A stretch of 64,000 nucleotides of DNA, taken from Diplonema japonicum (taxonomy: Eukaryota; Protista; Euglenozoa: Diplonemea). Under the pieces are notes generated by a model that worked only from the letters and a program-made list of their open reading frames with translations, did not search any database and was not told the DNA's origin. Position 1 is the stretch's first letter, and the number at the start of each line of letters is the position of its first letter. The stretch covers positions 496,001-560,000 of the forward strand of contig OZ025659.1 of NCBI GenBank assembly GCA_964019335.1, written 5' to 3'. The position numbers were made by a program, and so were the translations under genes. Shown here one piece after another: positions 1 to 12,000 of the stretch.

Positions 1-2
1 TC

Positions 3-2909
3 GTCCGTTACCTGTTCTGCAGGCTGCGTGATTCAAACGGGCAGTTCGTTCCAGACATCCAACGATGGGTGGGCGGGGTTGAAAGTCTTGCGAAGCGTGG
101 AGCGGTTTCCGGATTTGAAGACAGCAACCCTTCTCTCGATGCAAGCGGCGTCGCTTCGCTCTTCAGCGGGGCGCTCCTTGCTCAACGAGTCCCTTCTTGG
201 AAACCCTGCCAAGAAACGCAGGAGAAATGGCTCGCAACCCTTTTAAAACTCTACAACTCCCCCACCGCAGCCACATACAGTATCAAGGCAGGCCTTGCAC
301 TCAAACCGTACACCCTCCCTGATAGTGAGAACCCCATCCAAGCATCGTCCGCCATTCTAGACGAGCTACGATCTTTCCAAGGTGATCTTGCCCTCACTAG
401 GAATACAGCCCATCTTTACACTACTAAAAAAGCCTTAGCGACCACTACGTACAAGGCAAGGCCAGCTACGATGCCGCTTCCCGAGCATGCTATTGATCAG
501 CATGTCAACCCCAACATCGTGTACCTGTTCCCGTACCCCATTGAGTTTGGACTCGGTGCACCCGGAGCGCCGTTCAAACCGTTGCTGTCCGAATTCTTCG
601 TCGAGGTGACGGGCGTGAACCCCAGGAAGACCAACGCGAACGGTTTTGAAGCCCGCGGGTTCGTCAAAAAATGCAGGTCCGTTCAGACCACGTTTAGAAA
701 AATCCTGCAAGCCACCCCAACCCCACGGAAATCCATCAAAACAATGACGGTTCAAGAGGAAGTTGACAGCTCGTGGATAGCGGGGATGGTGGGTGTTGTC
801 AATGTAGGGAAAGTCAACGGAGTGGCCATGGTTGTCACCTTGAGCGTGGAAGACCCTTTAAAACTCGTGGCGGTCCGCGCTCCTGCAAGGGGTGCAACCG
901 ACAACATGCTACACGATGCGGAAAGACAGGAGGAGGCAAAGCTTCGCTGCAAGAACATGTTGAAGAAAGGTGTTGCCATGAACAACATACGCCCGGCACC
1001 GCATTCTTCCCTCGCGTCGTGCGAGGCTGTGCTCCACTGCGACGAAGACAATAACCCAGAGTCGTTCTCCGTCCGAGCAAAGGGGGGAAAGCTCACACCG
1101 TGGGACGAAGCAAAATCTCTAAAGCTCACCATCCCCGTGCATAAGCCACTCCCTGTCAACCTTGACACCGCTGTTAACTATTCTGGCGACGGTGTTGAAG
1201 AGGACTTCGAAGAAAAGCTCAAAGAGATCCTTGACAAAACCGACAAGAAGGTTACAAGACGCAGTCTTATGTACATCTCTGAGAACAAAACGAGATTTCG
1301 CATGAGCAACGTGTCCCGTGATGGTGGGGGGACGGAAGGCGCAGTCGTGAAAGAGGACATCGGTGTGTACCAGCTGCTGATGAACATTTCAGTGGTTTGT
1401 CCTGTCGCAGTTGCGCCTGTCCGGCACCATCCGTTTTCATTCGCGGTGAAAAGCCTTCCCATGCTGTGGAGGGTGCGCAGGCTCATAACAGAGCACCTTT
1501 CTACAACTGAAACCAGTGAAGCCTCAGCTTGGCCTTCTGACATCGACGACAGGTTGAACAGAGTTGTGATGCCACATCAGAAAGAAGCTTTGCAGGACAT
1601 GATCAACGCGCACCACCGCAAGCTCCACGGAAACTTCTTATACATCCCTCCTGGAATGGGGAAGACGCTCATCGTCATGTTGTACATCAGATGGTTGGCT
1701 CAGAACAACAGGCTGCCCCCTTACGTCGTGTATACTCTGCCTAAGTCGGCGATGAAGAGTGTTTTGCATGAAATCGTAGCGTTGGGGATGCCGGTGACGG
1801 TGGTACGGCCTGTGAAGTCGAAACAGGTTGTGAAGCTGGCCAAGGAGCTGTTTGAAGGTGTAGACCCTGACCTTGTGAAGGTGGACGACAAGGCGGAAAT
1901 GACAAAATACAGAATAATCATGGCCGAGCACGACGATCTGAGGTTGTGCGAGGAACGCCTCACAGGCCTTGCTTCTGAAGGGTTTCTCTTCATCAACGAC
2001 GAGGTTCACAAAACCCTCGCGACGACCACAAAACGTACTTCTGTTGCTCTCGAGCTGGCAACACTGTCAAGAGAGTTCATCGCCCTTACTGGAACACCGA
2101 TTATCTCATCGTCTGCGTACCCTCTCATAGGTTGGCTGCAACGCATTGCACCGTTCACGGTCACCGGGACAAATTTCTGGGTCGCAGCGAATTCCATGAT
2201 TGCTCACACAGTCTCAACAGGCGTCTGTGTTGAACGGCACGACTCCACACCCGTTTTCTCGAACATCGCGTTGAAGAAGTATCTGAAACACGTGCCGTCT
2301 GCTTTGATATGCCAGGAACACCCCGGGGCTAACGCTAACCCTCGCCCTGAAGACTGGCGTGTCGCTGCTGAAATGTGCTACGACCTCTGCGATGTGAAAA
2401 TGATTGAACAGACGGTGAAGGACATCTCTAAGGGTGTCATGCTGGTCGTCCGCGACAAAGCGCACCAAGCTAGAATTGTTAAAGCGCTATTGGGTAAGAA
2501 GATTGCAAAAGAAGATATTTTCGCCCTTGGGGGCGACCCCAAGGGCAGCGTCGACTCCGCGCCGTCCATCTTCCTCACATCCCAGGCTGTGCGGGCAAAA
2601 TCCGTGAAACCTTACAGAATCGCCGTCATCCCTGTCAGAATGGCGGAAGGCTACTCCCTCACTCACCTAACTACGTTTATCACCTCTGTGTACCCCTGCA
2701 ACAATTCGACCCGTGAACAGCTGGAAGGCCGCATCAACCGTATTTCTCAGGAAGCCAAGGAGGTCACGTACTACACGTATCATTGTGGGGTGTTATCCTA
2801 TATTCATAAAAACCACCTCAAAGCGCACGATTTGTCTGCTGCCTTGAAATCCATGGCCAAGGTGGTGGAGACATCAAGCATTGCAGCTGTCACTGAAGGC
2901 TTGCAGTAG
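3..2909 (+). CDS. SF2 (SNF2/DExH-like) helicase, 5'-truncated by the window edge
   Basis: Frame is open from nt 3 (VRYLFCRLRD...), so the true start lies upstream. Motifs: PHQKEAL (Q-like), PPGMGKT (Walker A), DEVH (II), LTGTP (III), EGYSL (V), QLEGRINRISQ (VI). No introns. Confidence 0.85.
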   Translation, partial: VRYLFCRLRDSNGQFVPDIQRWVGGVESLAKRGAVSGFEDSNPSLDASGVASLFSGALLAQRVPSWKPCQETQEKWLATLLKLYNSPTAATYSIKAGLALKPYTLPDSENPIQASSAILDELRSFQGDLALTRNTAHLYTTKKALATTTYKARPATMPLPEHAIDQHVNPNIVYLFPYPIEFGLGAPGAPFKPLLSEFFVEVTGVNPRKTNANGFEARGFVKKCRSVQTTFRKILQATPTPRKSIKTMTVQEEVDSSWIAGMVGVVNVGKVNGVAMVVTLSVEDPLKLVAVRAPARGATDNMLHDAERQEEAKLRCKNMLKKGVAMNNIRPAPHSSLASCEAVLHCDEDNNPESFSVRAKGGKLTPWDEAKSLKLTIPVHKPLPVNLDTAVNYSGDGVEEDFEEKLKEILDKTDKKVTRRSLMYISENKTRFRMSNVSRDGGGTEGAVVKEDIGVYQLLMNISVVCPVAVAPVRHHPFSFAVKSLPMLWRVRRLITEHLSTTETSEASAWPSDIDDRLNRVVMPHQKEALQDMINAHHRKLHGNFLYIPPGMGKTLIVMLYIRWLAQNNRLPPYVVYTLPKSAMKSVLHEIVALGMPVTVVRPVKSKQVVKLAKELFEGVDPDLVKVDDKAEMTKYRIIMAEHDDLRLCEERLTGLASEGFLFINDEVHKTLATTTKRTSVALELATLSREFIALTGTPIISSSAYPLIGWLQRIAPFTVTGTNFWVAANSMIAHTVSTGVCVERHDSTPVFSNIALKKYLKHVPSALICQEHPGANANPRPEDWRVAAEMCYDLCDVKMIEQTVKDISKGVMLVVRDKAHQARIVKALLGKKIAKEDIFALGGDPKGSVDSAPSIFLTSQAVRAKSVKPYRIAVIPVRMAEGYSLTHLTTFITSVYPCNNSTREQLEGRINRISQEAKEVTYYTYHCGVLSYIHKNHLKAHDLSAALKSMAKVVETSSIAAVTEGLQ

Positions 2910-3099
2910 GGAAGGGGGAAACGGATGCGTCTGTTGTTTTTCTTTTCTTTTTTTGGTTTCTTCAACCAGCGTTTTTTTCTTTCTTTTTGCATTCCCTTCC
3001 TTAGTTCCTCCCCTCCCCCTCCATTTTGCTGCTTTTTATCTTTTTAAAACCAGAGGGGTGGGGGAAAAAGGGGGAAAGGAATAAAGATGAATTTATGTG

Positions 3100-6000
3100 A
3101 TGTGCTCAAATCACCGCTTTCTGATTTCTGTTCTCGTTGCTAAGTGGATGGTCTTGGTTGCTTCTGTCGGAACACCTACACCTACATTTTCCAGCACTCT
3201 CCCAACCGTTACCTACTCGGACACTGAGTCTGAAACGCAAAGTTTCAGCTCAACCTTTAGTCTTCCATCTGCAACAGCCTCGAGTAGCTATACTAAGTCA
3301 GCAACTGAAAGCATCACATTGACCCTTCCTTCGCGTAGTTCAACTGTTACCCTTCCGACTGGTACAGAGACATTGACCCGCAGCTTGTCGGAGACAGCAA
3401 GTGTCACTGTTTCCCTGCCAACTGCCACTGAGACCCTTTCGCTTTCTATTTCCCTTACTCTCCCCACTGCCACTCTCTCAAGTAGCAGCACCGTATCAGT
3501 AAGTGATAGCATTACATTGACCCTTCCTTCGCTCACTGCCACAGAGACAGTCAGTTCGACTGTTACCCTTGTTACTGAAACAGAGACATCGACCCGCAGT
3601 TTGTCTGAGACAGCAAGTGTCACTTTTTCCCTGCCAACTGCCACTGAGACCTTGTCGCTCTCGGCCTCCTTCACTCTCCCCACTGCTACCTTGTCAAGCA
3701 GTGACACCGTATCTTTAACTGAAAGTATCACATTTACTCTTCCCTCGTTCACTGCCACAGAGACAGAGAGTTCGACCCTCAGCCTTCCTTCCTCAACTCA
3801 AACCTTGTCTGTAACCCCCAGTTTTTCCTATTCGGTCAGTCTCAGTTTACCTTCATCAACGTGGTCTGCCAGCACAACACACACCTTCACCTTACCAACG
3901 GTGACAGAGAGTTCCTCGTTTAGTTTTAGCAGCACTGGGAGTGTAACGTTGACCCTTCCGACCACTTCTCAGAGCTCAAGTGAATCGGTTTCGGTATCTT
4001 TGCCTACTTTCTCGGCTTCGCTAAGTAATTCGTTGAGTAGTTCACACACAGTAACTTTCAGTTTACCCACGTCAACTTCGACTGTGACTGGGACCACTTC
4101 GTTGACCTTTCCCACTGCGACTGCAAGTGCATCGTCGAGCCCCAGTGGTACGGTTTCGTTAAGCAGTACTTTACCGAGCATCACAGCGACAGAGAGCACG
4201 TCCTTGACTGTCACTCTCCTTACTGGTACAGAGACATCGACCCGCAGCTTGTCGGAGACAGTGAGTGTTACCCTTTCCCTGCCAACTGCCACCGAAACCT
4301 CTTCGCTTTCTACCTCCCTCACTTTCCCCACTGCCACTCTCTCAAGTAGCAGCACCGTATCAGTAAGTGATAGCATTACATTGACCCTTCCTTCGCTCAC
4401 TGCCACAGAGACAGTCAGTTCGACTGTTACCCTTGTTACTGAAACAGAGACATCGACCCGCAGTTTGTCTGAGACAGCAAGTGTCACTTTTTCCCTGCCA
4501 ACTGCCACTGAGACCTTGTCGCTCTCGGCCTCCTTCACTCTCCCCACTGCTACCTTGTCAAGCAGTGACACTGCATCTCTAACTGAAAGTATCACATTTA
4601 CTCTTCCCTCGTTCACTTCCACAGAGACAGAGAGTTCGACCCTCAGCCTTCCTTCCTCAACTCAAACCTTGTCTGTAACCCCCAGTTTTTCCTATTCGGT
4701 CAGTCTCAGTTTACCTTCATCAACGTGGTCTGCCAGCACAACACATACCTTCACCTTACCAACGGTGACAGAGAGTTCCTCGTTTAGTTTTAGCAGCACG
4801 GGGAGTGTGACGTTGACCCTTCCGACCACTTCTCAGAGCTCAAGTGAATCGGTTTCGGTATCTTTGCCTACTTTCTCGGCTTCGCTAAGTAATTCGTTGA
4901 GTAGTTCACACACAGTAACTTTCAGTTTACCCACGTCAACTTCGACTGTGACTGGGACCACTTCGTTGACCTTTCCCACTGCGACTGCGAGTACTTCAGT
5001 AAGTGAGAGTAGCACCCAGAGCGTCACCCTCAGCCTTCCCTCTGTGACACACAGCGTGACATTTTCTGTTTCATTATCTTTGCCAACTTCAAGTGTATCG
5101 CATAGTGCTTCGGAAAGTGTTACTGATAGCACTACAGTCAGTTTACCATCGGCCACGAATAGTGAGAGCGCAAGCGAGACTTTTACGTTACCAACTGCGA
5201 GTGCAAGTGTTACAAGGAGTTCGAGCATATCTCTTGCTACATCAACGGAAACGGTGAGCAAGACTAGCAGCATCACGATGCCTACCGCGACTGGTAGCTC
5301 GAGTGTATCGATTTCTCTGACTCTTATGACAGCTACCATCAGCCTGACTCTCCCCACACTGACGGACTCGGTGACAGCGACTACTACGCCGACCTTGAGC
5401 ACCACAGCAACACTGCCGACAAGCACCGTCACGGAGACACTGTCCATCTCGCTCACGATGCCCACAACCTCGCAGAGCGCGTCCGTGAGTATAACCATCC
5501 CAACTGTCACCCTGACGGCAACAATGACAGAGTCCCTGACAGATTCCTTCACTCTCACGCTCCCCACAACATCCTCCACGACTACCTTTTCTCTGACGCT
5601 ACCGACAGTGACAGGGACATTCTCCTTGACACTCCCTACTAGGTCACGAAGTTCCACAGTGTCTTTTACGCTGCCGACTAACACTGAAACTTCTAGTTTC
5701 ACAATACCGACAGCAACAGTAACGGGTACAACTACTCTGAGCTTGCCAACAGGTAGTGGGACTGTGACTGAGACGAGCTCCTTCTCACTTCCCACTGAAA
5801 CAGAGACATTCACAGTTTCTCTTTCGCTCCCAACTGGTACGACATCTGAGACCCTGACACTTCCTACATCAACAGCAACGAGCACAGTATCCTTGAGCTT
5901 GCCAACATCAACAGAAACTGTCAGTTTGAGTCTCCCAACTGGGAGTGAAACTATGACTCAAAGTATCTCACTTCCTTCGTCGACAGTGAGCAGCACCCTC

Positions 6001-9000
6001 ACGATGCCCACTGGCACTGAGACACTCTCGATATCTTTGTCACTTCCAACAAGGAGTGTGACTCTGACACTCCCAACAGGCACAGCCACTGCCACCGAGT
6101 CGTTGACTCTACTAACTACGACTGAGACGATTTCTTTCTCGCTTCCCACTGGAACTGGGACTTTCACTGTTTCTCTCTCGCTCCCAACTGGCACGACATC
6201 TGAGACCCTGACACTTCCCACATCAACCGCAACGAGCACAGTATCCTTGAGCTTGCCAACATTTACTAGAAGCTATACCATAAGTCTCCCAACGAGTACT
6301 GAAACGGCTACACTTTCCCTGACGCTTCCGACACAGACGGAGAGCAGTTCCATCACTGTCCCTACCGGAACAGAGACTTTCACTGTTTCTCTTTCGCTCC
6401 CAACTGGTACGACATCCGAGACCCTGACACTTCCTACATCAACCGCAACGAGCACAGTATCCTTGAGCTTGCCAACATCAACAGAAACTGTCAGCTTGAG
6501 TCTCCCAACTGGGAGTGAAACTGTGACTCAAAGTATCTCACTTCCTTCGTCGACAGTGAGCAGCACCCTCACGATGCCCACTGGCACGGGGACGTTATCG
6601 ATATCCCTCTCACTTCCAACAAGGACTTTCTCGGTTTCACTCCCAACAGGCACATCCACTGCCACTGAGTCGTTTACTCTGCCAACAGCGACTGAGACTA
6701 GTTCTTTCTCACTTCCCACTGGAACTGGGACTTTCACTGTTTCTCTTTCCCTCCCAACTGGTACGGCATCTGAGACCCTGACACTTCCCACATCAACAGT
6801 AACAAGTACAGCTACCTTGAGCCTGCCAACATTTACTGAAAGTGATACCATGAGTCTCCCAACGAGTACTGAAACGGTTACATTTTCCAAGACGCTTCCG
6901 ACACAGACGGAGAGCAGTTCCATCACTGTCCCTACCGGAACAGAGACTTTCACGGTTTCTCTCTCTCTCCCAACAAATACGGTATCTGAGACCCTGACAC
7001 TTCCTACATCAACAGTAACAAGTTCAGTGTCCTTGAGCTTGCCAACATCAACCGAAACTGTCAGTTTGAGTCTCCCAACTGGGAGTGAAACTGTGACTCA
7101 AAGTATCTCACTTCCTTCGTCGACAGAGAGCAGCACCCTCACGATGCCCACTGGCACTGAGACATTCTCGATATCTTTGTCACTTCCAACAAGGACTGTG
7201 ACCCTGACACTCCCAACAGGCACAGCCACTGCCACCGAGTCGTTGACTTTGCCAACAGCGACTGAGACTAGTTCTTTCTCACTTCCCACTGGAACTGGGA
7301 CTTTCACTGTTTCTCTCTCGCTCCCAACTGGTACGGCATCTGAGACCCTGACACTCCCTACATCAACCGCAACAAGCACAGTATCCTTGAGCTTGCCGAC
7401 ATCAACCGAAACTGTCAGTTTGAGTCTCCCAACTGGGAGTGCAACTGTGACTCAAAGTATTTCACTTCCTTCGTCGACAGAGAGCAGCACCCTCACGATG
7501 CCCACTGGTACGGAAACGTTCTCCATGTCAGTATCTTTGCCAACAAGCACCGCAACACTGTCACTCCCAACGGCTTCCGTAACGGCAACTGAGACAGTGA
7601 CTTTGCCAACTGCAACTTATAGTAGTACTGTGACACTTCCCACTGGGACTGAGACGTTCACAATGTCATTCTCAATTCCAACATGTACCGAGACTATTAG
7701 TTTCACACTGCCTACAATGACTTCATCTGAGACAGTGACACTAAGTTTGCCGACATTCACCGGTACTGTCAGTTTGAGTCTACCAACTGGAACCGAAACT
7801 GTCACACACACTCTTTCGCTTCCATCACAGACAGAGAGCAGCTCCCTCACAATAGCCACAAGCACAGCAACGATCTCGATATCTCTGTCACTTCCAACGA
7901 GGACTTTCTCGGTTTCACTCCCAACAGACACATCCACTGCCACCGAGTCGTTGACTCTGCGAACTACGACTGAGACGATTTCTTTCTCACTTCCCACTGA
8001 AACAGAGACATTCACTGTTTCCCTTTCGCTCCCAACGAGCACGGTATCTGAGACTCTGACACTTCCCACATCAACCGCAACTAGTACAGTATCCTTGAGC
8101 TTGCCAACATCAACAGAAACTGTCAGTGTGAGTCTCCCAACTGGGAGTGAAACTATGACTCAAAGTATCTCACTTCCTTCGTCGACAGAGAGCAGCACCC
8201 TCACGATGCCCACTGGCACTGAGACATTCTCGATATCTTTGTCACTTCCAACAAGGACTGTGACCCTGACACTCCCAACAGGCACAGCCACTGCCACCGA
8301 GTCGTTGACTTTGCCAACTACGACTGAGACGATTTCTTTCTCGCTTCCCACTGGAACTGGGACTTTCACTGTTTCTCTCTCGCTCCCAACTGGCACGACA
8401 TCTGAGACCCTGACACTTCCCACATCAACCGCAACGAGCACAGTATCCTTGAGCTTGCCAACATCAACCGAAACTGTCAGTTTGAGTCTCCCAACTGGGA
8501 GTGCAACGATCACAAGAAGCATCTCACTTCCTTCGTCGACAGTGAGCAGCACCCTCACGATGCCCACTGGCACGGAGACGCTCTCAATATCTTTGTCACT
8601 TCCAACAAGGACTGTGACTCTGACACTCCCTACGGGCACAGCCACTGCCACCGAGTCGTTGACTTTGCCAACTACGACTGAGACTAGTTCTTTCTCGCTT
8701 CCCACTGGAACTGGGACTTTCACTGTTTCTCTTTCGCTCCCAACGAGCACGGCATCTGAGACCCTGACACTTCCTACATCAACCGCAACGAGCACAGTAT
8801 CCTTGAGCTTGCCAACATCAACCGAAACTGTCAGTTTGAGTCTCCCAACTGGGAGTGAAACTGTGACTCAAAGTATCTCACTTCCTTCGTCGACAGAGAG
8901 CAGCACCCTCACGATGCCCACTGGCACTGAGACATTCTCGATATCTTTGTCACTTCCAACAAGGACTGTGACCCTGACACTCCCAACAGGCACAGCCACT

Positions 9001-12000
9001 GCCACCGAGTCGTTGACTTTGCCAACAGCGACTGAGACTAGTTCTTTCTCACTTCCCACTGGAACTGGGACTTTCACTGTTTCTCTCTCGCTCCCAACTG
9101 GTACGGCATCTGAGACCCTGACACTCCCTACATCAACCGCAACAAGCACAGTATCCTTGAGCTTGCCAACATTTACTGAAAGCTTTACCGTGAGTCTCCC
9201 AACGAGTACTGAAACGGCTACACTTTCTCTGACGCTTCCGACACAGACGGAGAGCAGTTCCATCACTGTCCCTACCGGAACAGAGACTTTCACGATCTCT
9301 CTCTCCCTCCCAACGAGCACGGTATCTGAGACTCTGACACTTCCTACATCAACAGTAACAAGCACAATATCCTTGAGCTTGCCAACATCAACCGAAACCC
9401 TCAGTATGAGTCTCCCAACGAGTACTGAAACGGCTACACTTTCTCTGACGCTTCCAACACAGACGGAGAGCAGTTCCATCACTCTCCCCACCGGGACAGG
9501 GACTTTCACAATTTCTCTCTCGCTCCCAACGAGTACCGTATCTGAGACCCTGACACTTCCCACATCAACAGTAACGAGCACAGTATCCTTGAGTTTGCCG
9601 ACATCAACCGTGACTCTCACGCAGACGGAAACGGTGACAATTCCAACTGACACGGAAACAACTACATTGTCACTGTCTCTGCCTACTGAAAGCTCGTCAC
9701 TGACATTGACACTTCCGACAATCACGGAAACGTTGACCACGTCTCTGTCGCTCCCTACAAGCACATTTACTCGAACCCCAAGCACGACTTACACCATAAA
9801 GACAGGAAGCTTCACGGCAACGCTCCCTAGTGCGACAATGACACTGTCTGTTTCACTGACCCTTCCCACTTCGACAGAGACACTTACACTTCCAACAGCC
9901 ACCCGTACTTTCACTGATACGTTCACGCTGCCAACTGCAACGAGCAGCGAAACTGTTACGCTGCCTTCGGACACCGCCACAGACAGTATTAGTTTGAGCG
10001 TTCCAACTGCGACGGTTACGATCACAGTGCCAACAGCAACCGAGACGGCGACAACCTCGTTCACGCTTGCTACTGTAACAAGCAGCGAAACTGCTACGCT
10101 GCCTTCGGGCACTGTCACAGACAGTATTAGTTTGAGCGTTCCAACTGCGACGGTTACGATCACAGTGCCAACAGCAACCGAGACGGCGACAACCTCGTTC
10201 ACACTGCCCACCTCCACGGCATCGGCGTCGTTTAGTCTGAGCTTAACATACACAGTGACCCTCCCAACGGGAACGAGCTCAGAGAGCTTGTCGGCCAGCC
10301 TGCCTACAGCGACTGAGTCTCTGTCACTTCAAACGGGTACCTTCACCTTGACGGGGACTATGAGCCTGCCGACTGCCTCCCAGACAGTAACGGTGACACT
10401 ACCAACTGGCACTTTAACATCTTCTCTCTCGATATCGTTGCCAACCTCGACGGTCTCTGCTACACTTGCGACAGACACCGTAACAGTGACGAAGACCTTC
10501 AGTTTGCCCACAGCATCGAGTACCGCGACAATTTCGCTGCCGACAAGCACTTTCACATCTTCTATCTCACTGACTTTGCCGTCACCTACGGGGTCCATAT
10601 CGCTACCTTCGTTCACTATCTCTGATTCTGATACATTATCGCTGTCTCTGCCCACGAACACGGACACAGTGACTGTATCTGTGTCGTTGTTAACAACAAC
10701 AGCCACGGAAACGGTCACTCTCCCGACAAGCACTTTTAGCAGTACTGTTTCAATGACCGTGGCCACGCGGACAGAGTCAACGACTTTGACCATTCCTACT
10801 GCCACAGAGACAGAGAGTGCCAGCCACACGATGCCTACGGCAACAGAGTCGATGAGCTACACAATACCCACAGGGACTGACACAGCTACGATTTCGTTGT
10901 CCCTTCGCACAATAACAGCTAGTAGTACTATCACTCTGCCGACCAGCAGTGCCACAAGTACGGTGACCCTCTCATTGCCGACATCAACTGCAACGGGGAG
11001 CCAGACCTTGCCCACCCCCACTGCCACGCGTAGCTTGTCATTCACGATGCCCACCGTGACTCAGAGCTTTAGCGCAAGCTTGACATTCCCAACATTGACG
11101 GCAAGCACGACCAACACACTGACACTCCCTACTGCAACGGTAAGTCACAGCAATTCGCTGAGTAGTACACTCAGCATGACCATTCCTAGTGCCACGGAGA
11201 GCGTGACTTTCACCATGCAGACAGGAACAGCGACAGAGACGCAAACACGCACACTTATGACACCTTTGCTGAGGTGGTTCGGAGGGATCGATGTGAACTA
11301 CAACAAGCCTGTGGGAGTGTTCAACGGGACGCAGCGCGTCACGGTGAAGGGGCACCACTTTGACGTGCAACTGATGGCTATCAAGGTGACCAATGCAGGA
11401 TGCAGCGGACCGGGTATTGTTGCAGAGGTAAACGTGACCACGGAATCTCTGGGATGGGTGGTGCTGGGGGAGGATGTGTACCACATGATCGGAGATAACA
11501 CAACAGTTTGTGTTGGCCTCCCCCCACTGCCGTACGAACTGATTGCTGTAAGGCTTGAACAGGTGATGGTGCAGAGCGTGAACGGGAGCTCGCCAGGTAC
11601 GCTGCTCCCCTTCTACGCGAGGGGGTTTGTCTACTTCGACATCTCCTTGAGCAACCCCAACGTACCCATTTGGGTGGGTATTGTGGGGGATTCGCAGGGC
11701 TGCACCGGACGGCCGCTTCCTGGAACCATCAGTACAGTGACTGCTAACGTGTTGACGCGTCTTGTGGTGCACCCCTCCATGCATGGCGAAGGGTACGCAA
11801 TGTGCTTCCACACGGGTGCCGACCTACTCGACACCTTCAGCACAATATCACCGCTGCTAGAGTGGCCTCTTGCCGCAGCCAACATCGCGTCCCTCAACGG
11901 TCAGGCCCCATACACAACGGTGTACCACACAGTGACAGCATTGGAGGTGTTGGGTAATGATCTGCACCACGGAGGGACCTTCATCCACTTTGCACCCCAC

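Noticed and set aside
5760-9620. Regularly spaced repeats suggestive of a CRISPR array
   Set aside because: In-frame coding tandem modules without unique spacers; eukaryotic context and no cas genes.
3288-11054. Many Val-rich minus-strand ORFs
   Set aside because: Antisense shadows of the Thr/Ser repeat codons; no independent coding signal.
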